From: Fibrobacterales bacterium
GTDB taxonomy: Bacteria; Fibrobacterota; Fibrobacteria; Fibrobacterales; JAOPTW01
Length of the DNA stretch: 39,175 nt
Reading direction: 5' to 3'
NCBI GenBank assembly: GCA_051532035.1
Contig: JAOPTW010000022.1
Location: 1-39,175, forward strand
The notes under the pieces are model-generated. The model did not search any database. It worked only from the letters and a program-made list of their open reading frames with translations, and was not told where the DNA came from. The first letter of the stretch is position 1; every line of letters begins with the position of its first letter. The position numbers and the translations under genes were made by a program. Below are positions 34,968 to 39,175 of this stretch, piece after piece.

Positions 34968-35135
34968 CAAACACAAAGCATAGCTCGCGGAGACGTACTA
35001 TCAGTACGTCAAGCAAACACCCAAAAGTATTTTTAGCTTCCAAGGCTGCAGATACAAGGCATAACATGCGAAGTCGTACTAACGGTACGTCGAGTATGTT
35101 ATAACGAAGTAGATGCGTCCTTGGAGGCTAAAAAT
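34968..35135. repeat. Structured palindromic (REP/MITE-like) element: one complete copy plus a partial upstream copy
   Basis: Outer inverted repeat ATTTTTAGCTTCCAAGG (35029-35045) / CCTTGGAGGCTAAAAAT (35119-35135), inner ATAACAT/ATGTTAT and CGTAC/GTACG stems; partial copy GCAAACACAAAGCATAGCTCGCGGAGACGTACTATCAGTACGTC at about 34968-35010. Confidence 0.65.
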
Positions 35136-36198
35136 CGAATTTGTCGAAGTTTACGTTGTGGATATCGTGGGTGAATGAGCCTACTTTATACGACTCAATT
35201 TCAGTCTCTTGAGGAGCAACCTGCACATTTTTACTCTCAGTCCAGTTCTTAATCCAGTTAATAGGATTACTCTCTGTTGGGAAGAGTCCCTCAAGACCGA
35301 TTGCCTTCATACGTTTGTTGGTCAGCCACTTCATATACTTAATGAGTATCTCTTCATTAAGCCCAAGAATAGAACCGTCCTTAAAGAGGTAACGCGCCCA
35401 TTCCATCTCCTCTTCGGCTGCCTTCTGGTACATTTCAATAACAGTCTTTTCGCAATCCTTTACCACTTTTTGAAAGCCTTCATCTTTTTCGGTTCTAAAA
35501 GAGTTGAGAAGGTTTTGAGTGATGGCTAAGTGAATATTTTCGTCTCGGTTAATAAGAGAGATAATTTTTGCATTACCCTCCATGGTACCACGCTCCGCAA
35601 AAGAGTACGAACAGGCAAAGGAGACATAAAAACGAATACCCTCTAATATATTTACCGAAATTAAGGTAAGGTAGAGTTTCTTCTTTTTATCATACAGTGA
35701 CTCATCAGGAACATTCTCAATCAACTTATTATAATACTCAGTAACTGAGGTTGCCCGTTTTATAATCTCTTTATCATTAATAATATTATCAAATACTTCA
35801 GAAGGATTCGAATAGATATTTTTAATGATATACGTGTATGAGTAGCTGTGTATGGTTTCAAAAAACTCCCATGCTTTTGCTGCTGCTTCAAACTCAGGGT
35901 TTGAGGTACGCTCAACAATAAAGGGGATCGCTCTTGACTGTACACTATCGAGGAGAATTTGATACTTAAGGTTTTGGGTAAAAATCCACTTCTCGTTTTC
36001 GGAAAGACCTTTAAACTGACCACCATCCAGAGCGACATTGATCTCTTCTGGACGCCAAAAGAATGACATCTGCTGCTGATAGATATCAAAAAACTTTTTG
36101 TATTTGAAAATATCGTATCGCTGAATACTGAGGTCTTTACCAAAGAAGAGCGGTTCTTTGGTATAATCGACATGTTTTAAATTTATTATCTCTTTCAT
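35128..36198 (-). CDS. nrdB: Class Ia ribonucleotide reductase beta subunit
   Basis: FFWRPEEI, LLDSVQSR, ETIHSYSY (radical Tyr), LEGIRFYVSFACS, RDENIH, QVAPQETEIESY. Confidence 0.96.
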   Translation of the reverse strand: MKEIINLKHVDYTKEPLFFGKDLSIQRYDIFKYKKFFDIYQQQMSFFWRPEEINVALDGGQFKGLSENEKWIFTQNLKYQILLDSVQSRAIPFIVERTSNPEFEAAAKAWEFFETIHSYSYTYIIKNIYSNPSEVFDNIINDKEIIKRATSVTEYYNKLIENVPDESLYDKKKKLYLTLISVNILEGIRFYVSFACSYSFAERGTMEGNAKIISLINRDENIHLAITQNLLNSFRTEKDEGFQKVVKDCEKTVIEMYQKAAEEEMEWARYLFKDGSILGLNEEILIKYMKWLTNKRMKAIGLEGLFPTESNPINWIKNWTESKNVQVAPQETEIESYKVGSFTHDIHNVNFDKFDF

Positions 36199-36207
36199 AT
36201 AATTCTC

Positions 36208-38460
36208 CTAAACCGAACAGGCCCCGCCTGCACATCCTGCATCTACTTCATCTGTTTTACCATCGTAGGTATTTGCATAGTACAGTGTTTTGCCACCGAG
36301 TGAATAATGGTACATAATATCGTGCATCACAACTGATAGAGGAATATTACCCTCATCATAATACATAGGATTATAGTAGTGATTTGCAGAAACCGCTTGA
36401 TCAATATACTTTTGAATCACGCCGCACACCTCAATGTATCCATCATTACTCGGCATCTCCCAAGCAGTCATATAGTGTTGTCCGATTTTATTAACATCGG
36501 GAACACACTGTTTTAGAGTGCCCTTTTTAGATTTTTTAATAGACATAAGGCTCCGAGGAGGCTCAATTCCATTTGTCGCATTTGAGACCACTGCCGAGCT
36601 CTCTGCAGGCATAACTGCTGTTAGTGCAGAGTTACGTATACCGTGTTCCTTCAAGTCTACTCGTAACGCCTCCCAGTCGAGAGCAAGCTTCCGACTATGG
36701 AGTGAATCAACATTTTTATTATAGGTATCAATAGGTAAGATCCCATGCCCATATTTAGTGCGCTTCACCTCTTTACATGGCCCAAACTCTTTTGCGAGAT
36801 CAACCGAAGCTTTAATACAGTAGTACTGCATGTGCTCCATATATTCATCAAGCAATTCTAAAGACTCTTTGGAGCCATATTTCACTCTGTTCTTCGCAAA
36901 GTAATAGGCAAGGTTTGTAATGCCAATACCGATAGAGCGACGATCTTTCATTTTACTTGCAGCAGCGACCGGATAATCTTGATAGTCTACAATATAATCA
37001 AGAGCACGTACAATAAGGTCACAGATAACCGGCAATTCATTCAGTCGCGTTTTGCCAAAATTCACTGCCGAAAGTACACAGAGTGCGATTTCACCATCAT
37101 CACAATCGATATTATTGATCGGTGATGTAGGTAGGGTGATTTCTTGACAAAGGTTACTCTGAAAAATTGGATCGGTAAATGAACTGTGGGCATTTGAATT
37201 ATCCGTATTCATGATATAGATACGCCCAGTCTCTACCCGCTCTTTACAGATATCTTCGAAAAGTTTACGAGCACTAATTTTTTTCTTTCGTTTTCCACGC
37301 GACTTTTCGTACTTCTCATAGAGTGCTTCAAATGCGTCGTTGTTGCCACTAAACATAGCAGCATAGAGATCGGGTACATCGTGAGGCGAGAAGAGTGTAA
37401 GGTGACCATCTTCTTTAACGCGTTTATAAAAGAGACGACAGAACTGTATGGAGTAATCCATTTTTCGAACACGATTATCTTCGGTCCCTTTATTGTTTTT
37501 TAGTACAATAATATCTTCAATCTCTAAATGCCAAAAAGGAAAGTGTACGGTTGAGCTCCCTCCACGAACACCATTTTGAGTGCAGCTCTTCGTTGTCGCT
37601 TCAAACATTTTTAAGAAGGGAACGACACCGGTATGCACGACTTCGCCACTGCGAATCTGCGCCCCTTGAGCTCTGATTCTCCCAAAGTTAAGACCAATGC
37701 CTGCACGCTGTGCAGTATAGTACCCTACCGCAGTATTACTATTCATAATACTTTGCATTGAATCCCCAACATCAATGAGTGTACACGAAGAATACTGACG
37801 AAGTGGAGTCCGAACGCCACACATAATTGGTGTCGGTAAATTAATTTTGAATGAAGAGATTGCATTGTAGAATTTACGAATAAACTGAAGACGGCGAGTC
37901 CCTTCGTATTTACTAAAGAGAATCATAGAAATCATCATATACATATACTGGGGTGTTTCGTGTATTTCACCCGTTGTTCTGTTTTGCAAAAGGTATTTAT
38001 CAACCAACTGTCTAAAACCGGCATAGGCAAAATCAAAGTCTCTATCGTGCTTTATAAAGTCATTGAGAATTTCCAACTCATCGGAAGTGTACATATTGAT
38101 AATTTCAGGATCATAGACGCCTTTTTTAATATTAGTCTTAATCACCTCATCGATAGTTGGCATATCCCGTGCTTCACCAAAAATCTCTTTTCTGAGATAA
38201 AAGATGTGCAGCCGAGAGGCAACGTATTGATAATCAGGAAACCGCTCTGAGATCATCTCTGATGCGGATTTAACCAGTACCATATGAATCTCTGATGTGG
38301 TAATTCCATCATAGAGATGCAGATGGGCATTCATTTCTATATCACTTACCGACACATTTTTAAGGCCACCGGTAGCCCAGAAGAGAACCTTATGAATTTT
38401 TTCAAAATTGAGTTTCTCTTTCTCACCATTTCGTTTGGTAATGTATATCTCTTTTGTCAT
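36208..38460 (-). CDS. nrdA: Class Ia ribonucleotide reductase alpha subunit with ATP cone
   Basis: ITKRNGEKE ATP cone, ETPQ, PTPIM, SSC, QNGVRGG, SNLCQEI, ALCVLSA, KTLYY and C-terminal CAGGAC. Confidence 0.97.
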   Translation of the reverse strand: MTKEIYITKRNGEKEKLNFEKIHKVLFWATGGLKNVSVSDIEMNAHLHLYDGITTSEIHMVLVKSASEMISERFPDYQYVASRLHIFYLRKEIFGEARDMPTIDEVIKTNIKKGVYDPEIINMYTSDELEILNDFIKHDRDFDFAYAGFRQLVDKYLLQNRTTGEIHETPQYMYMMISMILFSKYEGTRRLQFIRKFYNAISSFKINLPTPIMCGVRTPLRQYSSCTLIDVGDSMQSIMNSNTAVGYYTAQRAGIGLNFGRIRAQGAQIRSGEVVHTGVVPFLKMFEATTKSCTQNGVRGGSSTVHFPFWHLEIEDIIVLKNNKGTEDNRVRKMDYSIQFCRLFYKRVKEDGHLTLFSPHDVPDLYAAMFSGNNDAFEALYEKYEKSRGKRKKKISARKLFEDICKERVETGRIYIMNTDNSNAHSSFTDPIFQSNLCQEITLPTSPINNIDCDDGEIALCVLSAVNFGKTRLNELPVICDLIVRALDYIVDYQDYPVAAASKMKDRRSIGIGITNLAYYFAKNRVKYGSKESLELLDEYMEHMQYYCIKASVDLAKEFGPCKEVKRTKYGHGILPIDTYNKNVDSLHSRKLALDWEALRVDLKEHGIRNSALTAVMPAESSAVVSNATNGIEPPRSLMSIKKSKKGTLKQCVPDVNKIGQHYMTAWEMPSNDGYIEVCGVIQKYIDQAVSANHYYNPMYYDEGNIPLSVVMHDIMYHYSLGGKTLYYANTYDGKTDEVDAGCAGGACSV

Positions 38461-38611
38461 CTATTATTCGACCTTATTCTTATGCAGATGCTCTCTATAG
38501 TTATGCTATTTCCATACTTATTTCTGGAAAATCACGGCTTTGGTAGAGGTAAATCTATGTAAACTTTTGTAAATCATGGAGTTGCGACGATTGTAGCTCA
38601 AAAGTCAACAT

Positions 38612-38658
38612 ATCCCATACATTGTATAGATAATTATTTATCACACCATATATTGTAT
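38612..38658. promoter_or_regulatory. Tandem NrdR boxes upstream of nrdA
   Basis: ATCCCATACATTGTAT (38612) and ACACCATATATTGTAT (38643), 31 bp apart, matching acaCwAtATaTwGtg and the usual tandem spacing. Confidence 0.75.
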
Positions 38659-38752
38659 AAATATCCTATTGATCAATTTTAATACCGATCTATTACAATA
38701 TTGGAAATTGTCAATAATAGAACAATGTAGGCTTTGAAATTTTAATTAAATG

Positions 38753-38777
38753 TCCCCGAAAGATACACTCTCGGGGA
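38753..38777 (-). terminator. Hairpin downstream of bcp
   Basis: Minus strand TCCCCGAGAG-tgtat-CTTTCGGGGA; weak U tail. Confidence 0.5.
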
Positions 38778-38814
38778 TTAGACTTCATTGATTTTAAAAG
38801 CATGAGTTTAAGGG

Positions 38815-39174
38815 CTATTTACTCAACTCTTGAAGAGTCTCGAGCACTTCAGCCACATGACCTTTTACTCTAACTTTGTCCCACACCTTAACTACTTTCC
38901 CCTTGGGGTCTATCAGAAAGGTTGAGCGAACGACACCCATATATTCACGGCCATAGTTCTTTTTAAGCTGCCATACCTTATATTTTTCGAGCATTTTTTG
39001 TTCTGGGTCAGCGAGAAGTTCAATGGTGAGCCCCTGCTTTTCGATAAAGTTACAGTGCTTCTTTTCAGTGTCCGGACTCACCCCAACAACTGTTGCACCT
39101 GCTATTTTAAATTTTGAAAGAGCATCAGTAAACTCTTTTGCCTCAACAGTACACCCAGGAGTATTGTCCTTAGG
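38815..39174 (-). CDS. bcp: Peroxiredoxin Bcp/PrxQ (5' end outside the window)
   Basis: The frame stays open to the window edge: PKDNTPGCTVEAKEF...VVGVSPD...HCNF...LLADP...YGREYMGVVRSTFLID...VKGH. Confidence 0.93.
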   Translation of the reverse strand, partial: PKDNTPGCTVEAKEFTDALSKFKIAGATVVGVSPDTEKKHCNFIEKQGLTIELLADPEQKMLEKYKVWQLKKNYGREYMGVVRSTFLIDPKGKVVKVWDKVRVKGHVAEVLETLQELSK

Positions 39175-39175
39175 G

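Noticed and set aside
34968..35135. CRISPR mini-array or tRNA
   Set aside because: Only one and a half degenerate units, no identical repeat-spacer periodicity, no cas genes and no cloverleaf.
35128..38460. Prophage or intein/intron in nrdAB
   Set aside because: Genes are uninterrupted and of normal length, carry host-type NrdR boxes and have no phage genes nearby.
38815..39081. 88-aa ORF as a complete gene
   Set aside because: The frame continues to the window edge and includes the peroxidatic TPGC motif; it is a truncated bcp.

Overview
Bacterial chromosomal window of low-to-moderate GC. It is most consistent with a Fibrobacterota genome, based on a TIGR02147-type protein, a FISUMP-domain lipoprotein and T9SS-like C-terminal sorting tails; this assignment is an inference from family recognition. 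Left to right: (1) a minus-strand tatA-tatC-[TatB-like::degenerate 5-formyl-THF cyclo-ligase fusion] cluster running into a minimal napD-napA-napB-like nitrate reductase operon whose cytochrome is a tetraheme lipoprotein; (2) a transglutaminase-like lipoprotein; (3) a GH30 glycosidase divergent from an outer-membrane beta-barrel and an AraC regulator; (4) a FISUMP lipoprotein behind a perfect CRP-type box; (5) an orphan helical protein; (6) a two-gene glucose-family PTS (EIIA-HPr-EI plus EIICBB); (7) an 838-aa OmpA-like/peptidoglycan-binding protein with an AT-richer C-terminus and two coupled small genes, a candidate polymorphic effector/immunity cassette; (8) a TIGR02147 - LRR lipoprotein - beta-helix enzyme cassette with a repeated upstream motif; (9) two tandem basic secreted paralogs; (10) a YkgJ-family gene, a PerR-like gene with its own operator and a rubrerythrin-VIT1 gene; (11) a structured hairpin repeat; (12) class Ia nrdAB with tandem NrdR boxes, and a truncated bcp. 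No rRNA, tRNA, CRISPR array, transposase or integrase was seen. All family calls come from motif recognition by eye, not from database searches.
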